Assembly (NCBI RefSeq): GCF_963921235.1
Contig: NC_086108.1
Span: 114,020,001-114,084,000, forward strand
Length of the DNA: 64,000 nt
Origin: Mobula hypostoma
Lineage: Eukaryota
Direction of reading: 5' to 3'
The position numbers and the translations under genes were made by a program. Shown here piece after piece: positions 52,325 to 64,000 of this stretch; positions within the stretch are counted from its first letter, which is position 1; each line of letters opens with the position of its first letter. The notes under the pieces were generated by a model that saw only the letters and a list, made by a program, of their open reading frames with translations, had not been told where the DNA came from and made no database searches.

Positions 52325-52970
52325 CAAGCAGGCTGTGAAGAAAGCAAATGGCATGGGAATTGAGTATAGGAGCAAAGAGGTCCTTCTGCAGTTGTACAGG
52401 GCCCTGGTGAGACCACACCTGGAGTACTGTGTGCAGTTTTGGTCTCCAAATTTCAGGAAGGACATTCTTGCTATTGAGGGAATGCAGCGTAGGTTCACAA
52501 GGTTAATTCCCGGGATGGCAGGACTGTCATATGTTGAAAGATTGGAGCGACTGGGCTTGTATACTCCGGAATTTAGAAGGCTGAGAGGGGATCTTATTGA
52601 AACATATAAGATTATTAAGGGATTGGACACGCTGGAGGCAGGAAGCATGATCCCGCTGATGGGTGAGTCCAGAACCAGGGGCCACAGTTTAAGAATAAGG
52701 GATAGGCCATTTAGAACGGAGTTGAGGAAAAACTTTTTCACCCAGAGAGTGGTGGATATATGGAATGCTCTGCCCCAGAAGGCTGTGGAGGCCAAGTCTC
52801 TGGATGCTTTCAAGAAAGAGATGGATAGAGCTCTTAAAGATAGCGGAATCAAAGGTTATGGGAATAAGGCAGGAATTGGATACTGATTGTGGATGATCAG
52901 CCATGATCACAGTGAATGGCGGTGCTGGCTCGAAGGGCCGAATAGCCTATTCCTGCACCTATTGTCTATA
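52325..52970 (+). mobile_element. CR1 3' fragment (near-identical to 15620-16025)
   Basis: ORF 52335..52886. Confidence 0.9.
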
Positions 52971-53231
52971 AGTTCCTTCGTCCCTAGCTCAATCAACGTA
53001 CTGTTGAAACACGTGCTCTCTAATCCAGGCAACAAGTGTGGCGACACATGTGGGCTTCCCCCAGCGCTTCCTCAGATTGTGCTGCTTGTTAACAAAGACG
53101 CAATTCACAACATGCCTTGACATATATGTGACAAATGAAACTCATCCTCATACCTGCAGCACACATAAAAGTTGCTGGTGAACACAGCAGGCCAGGCAGC
53201 GTCTATTGGAAGAGGTACAGTCGATGTTTCG

Positions 53232-53274
53232 GGACTAACTGACGAAGGGTCTCGGCCTGAAACGTCGACTGTCC
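53232..53274 (+). ncRNA. Hammerhead core at the centre of a fold-back element
   Basis: CTGACGA agggtctcggcct GAAAC GTC gactg. Confidence 0.5.
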
Positions 53275-53424
53275 CTCTTCCAACAGACGCTGCCTGGCCT
53301 GCTGCATTCACCAGCAACTTTTATGTGTGTTGCTTGAAATTCCAGCATCTGCAGATTTCCTCGTGTTTGCGTTCACACCTGCAGTGTTGGACTGGAAATG
53401 AAAGTCTGTAACTAAGTCACTCAC

Positions 53425-53565
53425 CGGTGGTCTGGTTTTATCAAAAGCTCCCATGGCAATTTTAAAGCCAGCTCCTTCTCCAATGAGAACGTTCTCCAAG
53501 GGCACACGGACATCTTCAAATACAATACCCCTGGTATCCGAGCATCGTTGACCCATATTCATCTC
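53425..53565 (-). CDS. ACADM: ACADM exon 9 ([47 protein letters not shown])
   Basis: 141 bp; cctag acceptor, gtgagt donor; ORF 53308..53562. Confidence 0.97.
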
Positions 53566-55878
53566 CTAGGGCAGGAACACGAGAAGTGATGAAGCAGCAA
53601 CAATTCATGCCACTGTGCTCTGTAATCAGACCTCAATGCAGACTTTCATGTCACTGATTGGACTGATTTAGTCAGTGCCATTCTAGTTCAAGTTCATTTG
53701 TCATTCAACCATACACATGAATAGAGCCAAACGAAACCTTGTTCCTGCGGGGCCAAGATACAAAACACAGTACCAACAGTCACACACAACACAATTATGA
53801 AAGCAGAAAAACACAGTTACAAACAAAAATCAAAGAAGTGAAACTTACAGCCCAAGTCCCCGAGTGCCATGGCCTGTAGCCTGATGGTGCATAGATATTC
53901 TCCTGGAGCCACACTGCAGCAAGAGCAAACCTGCAACAGTTCTTCACTTTGCACTAGTGCAGCTGCAGATGAATGCAATTCCCCACGCCTCCCACCGAGC
54001 GAACACTGGAGAGCAGCAATGACTGGAGTGCAGCTCTAGTCTTAGACTCTCCCACCATTGGAGAGGAAAGATTTAAAAGGGACATCAGAGGCAACACCTT
54101 CCACGCAGAGAGTGGTTCCAGCAGGTATCATCATGATTATACCTGCTGTAATGGTACACGGGTAGGAAAGCTTCAGAGGGATATGGGCCATGGTCAGCTT
54201 AGATGGGCATTTTCATTGGCTAATGATCATAGTCAGCCTACTCATCCATGCCAATCAGGAAAGGAGGTAGGTTCTGCTATTCAAAAATATTAAATATCTT
54301 GTAGGGAATAGGTGGAGGAAGAACATCTCTTCTGTTGTGAGACCCAAGAGTGACACCAGAGGTGTCAGGCTGAACTTGGTGTGTAACATTTCTTCAGCTA
54401 CGGTTTGTTTTAGTATCCATCCTTTACACCACTGGACATTGCACATTACAGCATAGTACAGGCTCTTTTCCCCATAATGTTGTGTCAGTCTTTTTACCAC
54501 TGAGATCAATCTAACCCTCCTTTCCTGCATAGCCCTCCATTCTTCTATCATCCATGTGCCTAAGAATCTCTCAAAATGCCCTGCAGAATCTCTTGAACTT
54601 ATTTCTGAAATCTTCCGAATGCATCTGCCTCTGCCACCACCTCTCGCTGTCAGTAAAAAAACCAGATCTGACATCCCCCTTACACTTTCCTCCTTGAAAT
54701 TAGACCTCCTTGTATTAGCCATTTCCACCCTGGGATAAAAATTTTTGACCAAACACTTGATCTATGCTTATGCTGTAGACCTCAATCAAGTCACCTCTCA
54801 TCCACCTTTGCTCCAAAGAGCAAAGCTCGAGCTCACTTAATCTATTCTCATAAGACATGCTCTCTAATCCAGGTAGCATCCTGGTAAATCTCCTCTGCAC
54901 CCTTTCTAAAGCTTCCACATCTTTCCTATAGTGAGGCGACCAGAACTGAAGACAATATTCCAAGTGTGGTCTAACCAGGGGTTTATAGAGCTGCAACATT
55001 ACCTCATGGCTCTTGAACTCAATCCCTTGACTAATGAAGGGCAATACACCGCCCTATCAAGTTCAAGGATCTCATGAAACCGCTTTATTAAGCACTAGTC
55101 TGGCCACAAATCAAAGAACGTGCCCTGTTCTTGGAGCACACGACGGGGAAGAAGTGAAGGCTTTGGAGAGGGTTCCAGTAATGAGGGACTTCAGTTCTGG
55201 AGATTGGAGAGACCAGGGCTCTTCTCCATGGAAGAGAAGACACGAAGGGATCTGATGGATGGATGGAGTTAAAATGACAAAGGTCCTGGACAGAGGAGAT
55301 AGAAACTGTTCTCATCAGCAGAGGGGCCCAGAAGCAAGGGCATAGAATGCCAGTGAGAATGCAAGGGGGACAGTCAAAGAAGGTTACAGGGAGCCAAAGC
55401 CATTGCTGCTGAAGTGATTAAAATGGGGGCAGTCAGAAAGTTGGTTAACAAAAATAATCTGACCATTTCTCCATACCATAGGACATAGAAACAGAGTGAG
55501 GCCATTCCATCATGGCTGATTTATTACCCCACTCAACCTCATTCTCCCCATAAACTTTAACACCCTGACTAATCAAGAACCTATCAAACTCCGCTTTAAG
55601 TATATCCAATGACTTTGCCTGAACAGCAGTCTCTGGCAATGAATTCCACAGATCCACCATCCCCTGACCATAGAAATTCTTCCTCATCTCTGTTCTAAAG
55701 AGACAACCTTCTATTCTGAATTTGGGCCTGCTGGTCCTAGACTCGCCCCACTATAGAAAATATGCTCTCCACATCATCTAAGCCTTTCAACATTTGATAA
55801 GTTTCAACGAGATCCACACCCCCCACCAATTCTTCTGAACTCCAGCGAATACAGGCCCAGAGCCATACGAATGAATAC

Positions 55879-55987
55879 CTTCCTTCCGATTTGGATTCCA
55901 GGGGAATCTGCATCCACGATGAATCCAGTGAAGGCCTTGCCTGCAGGTGCCTTGGGATCAGGATTTGTTCGAGCCAGGAGGAAATAC
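55879..55987 (-). CDS. ACADM: ACADM exon 8 ([36 protein letters not shown])
   Basis: 109 bp; tttccaag acceptor, gtattc donor. Phase is compatible with exon 7; seen in ORF 55804..55998. Confidence 0.97.
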
Positions 55988-56841
55988 CTTGGAAACAAAT
56001 GTTAAAATTACTGTTCCTGCTGTCCACGGTCAACTCGACATTCTCACAGAAGAATACAGCACAGAAACAGGCCCTTCAGCCCACAATATAGTGCTGAACC
56101 AATTAAACTAGTGAGCAAATGGCCAACTAAATGAATCCAGTAAAGCACAGAAACAGGCCTTTTGTTTTAGAGATCCAGCATTGCAACACACCCTTCTGTC
56201 TCAACCAGCCCACGCTGACCAATTACACACAGGTAATCAGCTTACCAACTACCAGTACTACATGTCTTTGGAATGTCGGAGGAAACTGCAGAAAACCCAT
56301 GTGGTCACTCATTCCAGAAAGCAGTGTGAGTTGAACCCAGGTCACTGAGACTGTAAAGCATTAAATTAACCACTATGCTGGTCTTTTGACATTGCCCTCT
56401 TACCTTCAATTCATGCCGTCTGGTGATAGACAGTTCTACCTCAGGCAGAATCCAAGTAAGCCTCTTCTGCACCCTCTCAGAGCTCTGACATCCTTTTGAT
56501 AATGTGGCGACCAGCACATTCAGAGGCGGCCTAACAAGAGCTTTATAAAACTGCAACATAACTTCCTCAGTCGAACCCTATGCCACAAACATGCCATGTG
56601 CCTCTTCAACCACAACTATCAACCTACATCGCCACTTTCAGGGAGCAATGAACTTGGACCTCAGACCACTCTGCACATCAACATTGAGAGTCTCAGAGGC
56701 TTCTTCCTCAGTTTATGAATTCCCTTCCATACAGAACCCCAACTGGCCAGGCTCTCCAGTTTCAAGAACAACATCCCACCATCTCAATGGGAAAACCCAA
56801 AATGCAGGACTTCACTTCACTTGCGAGTCTGTTGGGGTCAT

Positions 56842-59800
56842 CTCTCAACGACGTGAGAAGGACACCCGCATGGTTTGTTACCTCCCGGGTGCCAGGGTCT
56901 GGGATGTCTCTGACCAGGTGCACGACATCCTGGTACGAGAGGGAAAGCAACCAGAAGTCGTGATACATGTTGGGACTAACAACATAGGCAGGAAGAGGGA
57001 TGAGGTCCTGAAGTGTGAGTTTCAGGAACTAGGCAGAAGGCTGAAGAACAGGACCTCAAGGGTGACGTTCTCAGGATTGCTGCCAGTGCTACGTGACAGA
57101 GATGGTAAGATTTGGAGGAGATGGCAGTTGAATGCGTGGCTGAGGAGTTGGTGCAGGGAGCAGGGTTTTAGATTTTTAGATCATTGGGATCCCTTCTGGG
57201 GAAGGTGGGACCTGTAGAGATTGGATGGGTTGCACCTGAACTCGAGGGGGAGCAATATCCTTGCAGGTAGGTTTGCTAGTGTGGTTCGGGAGGGTTTAAA
57301 CTAATTTGCGAGGGGGATGGGACCCAGAGCAATAGAGCAGTGAAAGAAGTGCATGGAGTAAAGCGAGATCTAACATACAGAGAGGCTTTGAGGGAAAGAG
57401 AAGCAGAATAAACGGTGTAAAGACAGTAAGGTAGAAGGGCTGAAATGTGTGTACCTCAATGCAAGAAGCATCAGGAACAAAGGTGATGAACTGAGAGCTT
57501 GGATACATATTTGGAATTATGATGTAGTGGCCATTACAGAGACTTGGCTGGCACCAGGGCAGGAATGGATTCTCAATATTCCTGGATTTCAGTGCTTTAA
57601 AAGGGATAGAGAGGACGGAAAAAGGGGAGGAGGGGTGGCATTACTGGTCAGGGATACTATTACAGCTACAGAAAGGGTGGGTAATGTAGCAGGATCCTCT
57701 TTTGAGTCAATATGGGTGGAAGTCAGGAATAGGAAGGGAGCAGTTACCCTACTGGGGGTATTCTATAGGCCCCCTGGTAGCAGCAGAAATACAGAGGAGC
57801 AGATTGGGAGGCAGATTTTGGAAAGGTGCAAAAATAATAGGGTTGTTATCATGGGTGACTTTAACTTCCCTAATATTGATTGGCACCTGATTAGTTCCAA
57901 GGGTTGAGATGGGGCAGAGTTTGTTAAGTGTGTCCAGGACAGATTCCTGTCACAGTATGTGGACAGGCCGACCAGGGGGAATGCCATACTAGATCTAGTA
58001 CTAGGTAATGAACCGGGTCAGGTCACAAATCTCTCAGTGGGTGAGCATCTGGGGGACAGTGACCACCGCTCCTTTGCCTTTAACATTATCATGGAAAAGG
58101 ACAGAATCAGAGAGGACAGGCAAATTATGAGGCGAAAAGGCTAGAACTTGCGGGTGTGAATTGGGATGATGTTTTGGCAGGGAAATGTACTATGGTCATG
58201 TGGCCGATGTTTAGAGATCTGTTGCAGGATGTTAGGGATAAATTTGTCCCGGTGAGGGAGATAAAGAATGGTAGGGTGAAGGGACCATGGGTGACAATTG
58301 AAGTGGGAAATCTAGTCAGGTGGAAGAAGGCAGCATACATGAGGTTTAGAAAGCAAGGATCAGATGGGTCTATTGAGGAATATAGGGTAGCAAGAAAGGA
58401 GTTTAAGAAGGGGCTGAGAAGAGCAAGAAGGGGGGCATGAGAAGACCTTGGCGAGTAGGGTAAAGGAAAACCCCAAGGCATTCTTCAATTATGTGAAGAA
58501 AAAAGGATGACAGGAGTGAAGGTAGGACCAATTAGAGATAAAGGTGGGAAGATGTGCCTGGAGGCTGTGGAAGTGAGCGAGGTCCTCAATGAATACTTCT
58601 CTTCGGTATTCACCAATGAGAGGGAACTTGATGATGGTGAAGACAATATGAGTGAGGTTGATGTTCTGGAGCATGTTGATATTAAGGGAGAGGAGGTGTT
58701 GGAGTTGTTAAAATACATTAGGACAGATAAGTCCCTGGGGCCTGACGGAATATTCCCCAGGCTGCTCCACGAGGCGAGAGAAGAGATTGCTGAGCCTCTG
58801 GCTAGGATCTTTATATCCTCGTTGTCCACGGGAATGGTACCAGAGGATTGGAGGGAGGCGAATGTTGTCCCCTTGTTCAAAAAAGGTAGTAGGGATAGTC
58901 CGGGTAATCATAGACCAGTGAGCCTCATGTCTGTGGTGGAAAAGCTGTTGGAAAAGATTCTTAGAGATAGGATCTACAGGCATTTAGAGAATCATAGTCT
59001 GATCAGGGACAGTCAGCATGGCTTTGTGAAGGGCAGATCGTGTCAAACAAGCCTGATAGAGTTCTTTGAGGAGGTGACCAGGCATATAGATGAGGGTAGT
59101 GCAGTGGATGTGATCTATATGAATTTTAGTAAGGCATTTGACAAGGTTCCACACGGTAGGCTTATTCAGAAAGTTAGAAGGCATGGGATCCAGGCAAGTT
59201 TGGCCAGGTGGATTCAGAATTGGCTTGCCTGCAGAAGGCAGAGGGTCGTGATGGAGGGAGTACATTCAGATTGGAGGATTGTGACTAGTGGTGTCCCACA
59301 AGGGTCTGTTCTGGGACCTCTACTTTTCGTGATTTTTATTAACGGCCTGGATGTGGGGGTAGAAGGGTGGGCTGGCAAGTTTGCAGACGACACAAAGGTT
59401 GGTGGTGTTGTAGATGGTGTAGAGGATTGTCAAAGATTGCAGAGAGACATTGATAGGATGCAGAAGTGGGCTGAGAAGTGGCAGATGGAGTTCAACCTGG
59501 AGAAGTGTGAGGTGGTACACTTTGGAAGGACAAACTCCAAGGCAGAGTACAAAGTAAATGGCAGGATACTTGGTAGTGTGGAGGAGCAGAGGGATCTCGG
59601 GGTACATGTCCACAGATCCCTGAAAGTTGCCTCACAGGTGGATAGGGTAGTTAAGAAAGCTTATGGGGTGTTAGCTTTCATAAATCGAGGGATAGAGTTT
59701 AAGAGTCGCGATGTAATGATCCAGCTCTATAAAACTCTGGTTAGGCCACACTTGGAGTACTGAGTCCAGTTCTGGTCTCCTCACAATAGGAAGGATGTGG

Positions 59801-60257
59801 AAGCATTGGAAAGGGTACAGAGGAGATTTACCAGGATGCTGCCTGGTTTAGAAAGTATGCATTATGATCAGAGATTAAGGGAGTTAGGGCTTTACTCTTT
59901 GGAGAGAAGGAGGATGGGAGGAGACATGATAGAGGTGTACAAGATAATAAGAGGAATAGATAGAGTGGATAGCCAGGGCACCACTGCTCAATACAAGAGG
60001 ACATGGCTTTAAGGTAAGGGGTGGGAAGTTCAACGGGGGATATTAGAGGAAGGTTTTTTACTCAGAGAGTGTTTGGTGCGTGGAATGCACTGCCTGAGTC
60101 AGTGGTGGAGGCAGATACACTAGTGAAGTTTAAGAGACTACTAGACAGGTATATGGAGGAATCTAAGGTGGGGGCTTATATGGGAGGCAGGGTTTGAGGG
60201 TCGGCACAACATTGTGGGCTGAAGGGCCTGTACTGTGCTGTACTATTCTATGTTCTA
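56842..60257 (+). mobile_element. Near full-length CR1 LINE (ORF1 SGNH-esterase part, ORF2 AP endonuclease + RT, 3' tail), inactivated
   Basis: VVIHVGTNN; YLNARSIRNK...[16 protein letters not shown]...FADDTK; stops or frameshift at ~57905, ~58435 and 59761; tail tactattctatgttctat. Confidence 0.95.
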
Positions 60258-60940
60258 TTGCATCCGGTGCTCCCGGTGCGGCCTCCTCTACATCAGTGAA
60301 ACCCGACGCAGATTGGGGGACCGCTTCATCGAGCACCTCCGCCCCGTCCGCCAAAACAGACAGGATCTCCCAGTAGCCACCCACTTCAACTCTGCTTCCC
60401 ACTCCCATTCAGATATGTCCATACATGGCCTCCTCTACTGCCATGATGAGGCTAAACTCAGGTTGGAGGAGCAACACCTCATATACCGTCTAGGTAGTCT
60501 CCAGCCCCTTGGTATGAACATACAATTCTCCAACTTCCGGTACTTCTCTCCCCTTCCCTTCCCCTATCTCTATGTCACTCTGCCCCCTCCCCCAGCTGCC
60601 TATCACCTCCCTCATGGTTCCGCCTCCTTCTACTACCCATTGTGTTTTCCCCTATTCCTCCTTCACCTTTCCTGCCTATCACCTCGCTGCCTCCGTTCCC
60701 CCACCCGTTTATCTTTCCCCTCACTGGTTTTTCACCTGGAACCTACCAGCCTTCTCCTTCCCACCCTACCCCCACCTTCCTTATAGGGCCTCTGCCCCTT
60801 CCCTCTTCAGTGCTGATGAAGGGTTCTGGCCCGAAACGTCGACTGATCGTTTCCACAGATGCTGCCTGACCTGCTGAGTTCCTCCAGCGTGTTGTGAGTG
60901 TTGCTTTGACCCCAGCATCTGCAGAGTATTTTGTTTACTT
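60256..60940 (+). mobile_element. Penelope-like GIY-YIG region + tail; its 5' stub is at 56812-56841
   Basis: YCIRCSRCGLLYISETRRRLGDRFIEHLR (ORF 60235..60786). Confidence 0.85.
60808..60845 (+). ncRNA. Minimal type I hammerhead ribozyme motif (Penelope-associated)
   Basis: cagtg CTGATGA agggt-tctg-gccc GAAAC GTC gactg. Confidence 0.65.
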
Positions 60941-61279
60941 TCTCAATAAGCCTTGCATGGGGTACCTTATCAAATGCCTTGCTGAAATCCATATACACTA
61001 ATCTACTGCTCTACCTTTATCACTGTTTGTCACATTCACAAAAAATTCAGTCAGGCTCTTCAGGCATGACCTGCCTTTGACAAAGCCAAGCTGACTATTC
61101 CTAATCATATTATGTCTGTCCAAATGTTCATAAATCCTGCTCCTCAGGATCCTCCCCTTCAACCTACTGAAGTAAGACTCACTAGTCTATAATTTCCAGG
61201 GCTATCTCTACTCCCTTTCTTGAATAAAAGAACAACATCTGCAACCCTCCAATCCTCTGGAACCTCTCCTGTCCCCATT

Positions 61280-61317
61280 GATTCCTGACGAAGGGTCTCA
61301 GCCCGAAACGTCGACTG
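61280..61317 (+). ncRNA. Minimal hammerhead ribozyme motif
   Basis: CTGACGA agggtctcagccc GAAAC GTC gactg; 5' strand of stem I partly lost. Confidence 0.55.
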
Positions 61318-61820
61318 TACCTCTTCCTAGAGATGCTGACTGGCCTGCTGCGTTCACCAGCAACTTTGAATTATTTGTGCCATTTATTTTCTACTGCACA
61401 GTAGTTGTCTGTCTTTATATGTACTTCTTCATAAATTCAATTGTATTTATTTTCCTGTAAATCCCAATAAAAAATCTCAGGGTAGCATATTGTAATGTAT
61501 ACTCACTTAGATAATAAATATATTTTGACTTTGAGTTTTGCCAGATCTAGTAGAAGGAATATGGGTCAAATGGCCTGTACAGTTCAAGGATTATTAACTT
61601 TAATTAATTAGGACCATTTAGTGTAGACAAGATGGGCCAAATGGCAAGTTTCTGTGCTATTGTTCTATAACATTCTATATCTAGTTGTCATCCTGATGTT
61701 TTTGCTTATGGTGTTAACAATGGGTGTTGCTGTGGTGTGGCTGCCTCAGTTGGATGGAGACCTACCAGTGAATATGGATCTCCCCCCACTTTCAAATCTC
61801 TTACTAGCTCTTCCTTCAGT

Positions 61821-61858
61821 TAGTCCTGACGAAGGGTCTCAGCCCGAAACATCGACTG
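61821..61858 (+). ncRNA. Minimal hammerhead ribozyme motif (AUC triplet)
   Basis: tagtc CTGACGA agggtctcagccc GAAAC ATC gactg. Confidence 0.5.
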
Positions 61859-61924
61859 TACCTCTTCCTAGAGATGCTGCCTGGCCTGCTGCGTTCACCA
61901 GCAACTCTGATGTGTGTTACCTAC

Positions 61925-62055
61925 CAGTTTGCCTTGCCTCCATTGGTGATCCACATCTTCTGCCCATTGACAATGTACTCACTGCCCTTCTTCTCGGCTC
62001 GGGTCTTAACTGCAGCCACATCGGAGCCTGCTCCTGGCTCCGTGACACAGTAGGC
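61925..62055 (-). CDS. ACADM: ACADM exon 7 ([44 protein letters not shown])
   Basis: 131 bp; cgcag acceptor, gtaggt donor. Contains the acyl-CoA dehydrogenase signatures TEPGAGSD and NGQKMWITN. Confidence 0.97.
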
Positions 62056-62151
62056 CTGCGCAGACAGAGAAGTGATCGGTTAGCGGGGGGTGCACGAGCT
62101 CCTTCCTCGCAGAAGAGGGTGCCGCAAACGGAAACGATGAGCTGCACTCAC

Positions 62152-62232
62152 ACACATCAGGGGAGCTTCTGTCATCCGGCCCAGGTATTTCTTCTGCTGC
62201 TGCTCGTTCCCAGACAGGATGACCGGCATTTG
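62152..62232 (-). CDS. ACADM: Medium-chain acyl-CoA dehydrogenase, exon 6 ([27 protein letters not shown])
   Basis: 81 bp; ttttttag acceptor, gtgagt donor. Translation matches [31 protein letters not shown]. Exons 1-5 lie beyond the window end. Confidence 0.96.
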
Positions 62233-62384
62233 CTAAAAAAGGAAGAGACTTCAGGTTAAAGGCAGGCTGTTTCAGAATTATGTTTATTATCACTGATATA
62301 TACACGTTGTGAAATTTGCTGTTTTGCAGCAGCAGTACAGTGCTATACATAAAAAAATATGGTATTACAATTAAAATTTAAACT

Positions 62385-62851
62385 TGTGGCCACTTTATAA
62401 GGTGCACCTGGACACCTGCTTGTTAAATCAGCCAACCATCTGGCAGCAACTCTATGCATAAAAGCATACAGACGTGCCCAAGAGATTCAGCTGTTGTTCA
62501 GATCAAACATCAGAATGGGGAAGAAATGTGATCTAAGCGACTTTGACAGGGTTGTTGGTGCCAGATAGGGTGGTTTGAGCATCTCAGAATCTGCTGACCT
62601 CTTGGGATCAAGACAAAAACAGCTTATTGCTGACAGGCGTCAGAGGAGAATGGCCAGACTGGTTCAAACTGACAGGGAGATGACAATAACTCAAATAACT
62701 ACACATGACAATAGTGGTGTGCAGAGGAGCGCCTCTAAACTCACAACACACCCATCTTTGAAGTGGATGGGCTACTGCAGCAGAAGAACATAAACATATA
62801 TTCAGTGGCCACTTTATTATGGACAGGAGGTATCAAATTAATTGGCCACTG
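62385..62851 (+). mobile_element. Internally deleted Tc1-like element (transposase N-terminal remnant)
   Basis: MGKKCDLSDFD...GLSISESADLLG; gtggccacttta termini, inverted tggccactg at ~62843. Confidence 0.7.
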
Positions 62852-62950
62852 GGTGCATGTCATGAAAATTGCTGTTTTATGATAGCAGTACAGTGAAGGG
62901 CAAAAATTACGAATAAGAATAAGAATTACAATAAGGATTATGAACAGTGT

Positions 62951-63230
62951 TGGCGTGTGGCCAAGTGGTTAAGGCGTTCATCTAGTGTTCTGAAGGTCGC
63001 TAGTTTGAGCCTTGGCTGAGGCAGCGTGTTGTGTCCTTGAGCAAGGCACTTAACCACCGATGCCAAGCTATATGGGTCCTAATGCCCTTCCCTTGGACAA
63101 CATCAGTGGCGTGGAGAGGGGAGACTCGCAGCATGGACAACTGCCAGTCTTGCCTTGCCCAGGCATGCACCCTGGAAACCTTCCAAGGCACAAATCCATG
63201 GTCTCACAAGACTAACAGATGCCTATAAAT
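62951..63230 (+). mobile_element. tRNA-derived SINE, same head as 51806
   Basis: tggccaagtggttaaggcg...tgtgtccttgagcaaggcacttaacc. Confidence 0.75.
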
Positions 63231-64000
63231 TATTCACAAAGCAGATGAGCTTAGAGCATGGACCAGTACTTGGAGCTATTAAGTTGTGACCAATTCAGAG
63301 ACTTAGATGGCTCAGGGGCAGGAATGGTTACTTCGAGTGCCAGGCTTTAGAAGGACAGGGAGGGAAGCAAAAGAGGTGGGGGCATGGCACTGTTGCTCAG
63401 AGATAGTGCCACGGCTGCAGAAAAGGAGGAAGTCATGGAGGGATTGTCTATGGAGTCTCTATGGGTGGAAGTTAGGAACAGGAAGGGGTCAATTAGGTGT
63501 TTTTTTTTTTATATAGACCACCCAATAGTAACAGGGACATCGAGGAGCAGATAGGGAGACACATTCTGAAAAGGAATAATAATAACAGGGTTGTTGTGGT
63601 GGGAGAACTTAATTTCCCAAATATCGATTGGCACCTCGCTAGAACAAGTGGTTCAGATGGGGTGGAGTTATTTAGGTGTTTTCAGGAAGGTTTCTTGACA
63701 CAATTATGTTGATAAGCCAACAAGAGGAGAGGTTGTACTTGATCTGCAATTGGGAAGTGAACCTGGTTAGGTGTCAGATCTCTCAAGTGGGAGAGCATTT
63801 TGGAGATAGTGATCACAATTCTATCCCCTTCACTGTAGCACTGGAGAGGGATAAGTACAGACAAGTCAGGAAAATGTCTAACTGGAGTAAGGGGAAATAT
63901 GAAGCTATCAGGGAGGAACTTGGTAGCATAAATTGGGAACAGATGTTCTCAGGGAAATGTATGGAAGAAATGTGGCAAATGTTCAGGGGATATTTGTGTG
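63230..64000 (+). mobile_element. Decayed CR1 ORF2 endonuclease region
   Basis: YRPPNSNRDIEEQIG...GELNFPNIDW. Confidence 0.85.

Noticed and set aside
58507..59763. Functional reverse transcriptase gene
   Set aside because: Part of a CR1 with upstream stop/frameshift and a premature stop at 59761.
61654..62350. ORFs 61654..62259 (+) and 62006..62350 (-)
   Set aside because: Antisense or out-of-frame shadows of ACADM exons 6-7 and adjacent repeats.

Overview
Repeat-dense vertebrate genomic DNA. The repeat landscape of CR1, Penelope-like, Rex/Babar and V-SINE-like elements suggests a cartilaginous fish, probably a ray (inference). The minus strand carries the 3' seven coding exons (6-12) of medium-chain acyl-CoA dehydrogenase (ACADM), with canonical GT-AG boundaries and exon sizes of 81/131/109/141/96/249/72 bp. 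The stop codon is at 29755 and a likely poly(A) signal at 29447. A CpG island at ~7.9-8.4 kb holds a candidate ATG-only first exon of the next minus-strand gene, possibly RABGGTB by synteny. The rest is nested mobile DNA: CR1 LINEs (one nearly full length), Penelope-like elements, Rex/Babar LINEs, a decayed Gypsy provirus with a solo LTR inside it, Tc1 and hAT transposons, and tRNA SINEs. Most notable: (1) a family of minimal hammerhead-ribozyme motifs carried by Penelope-derived repeats, whose cores are intact only antisense to the host gene; (2) a 44-bp minisatellite whose terminal unit supplies the ACADM exon 10 splice acceptor.
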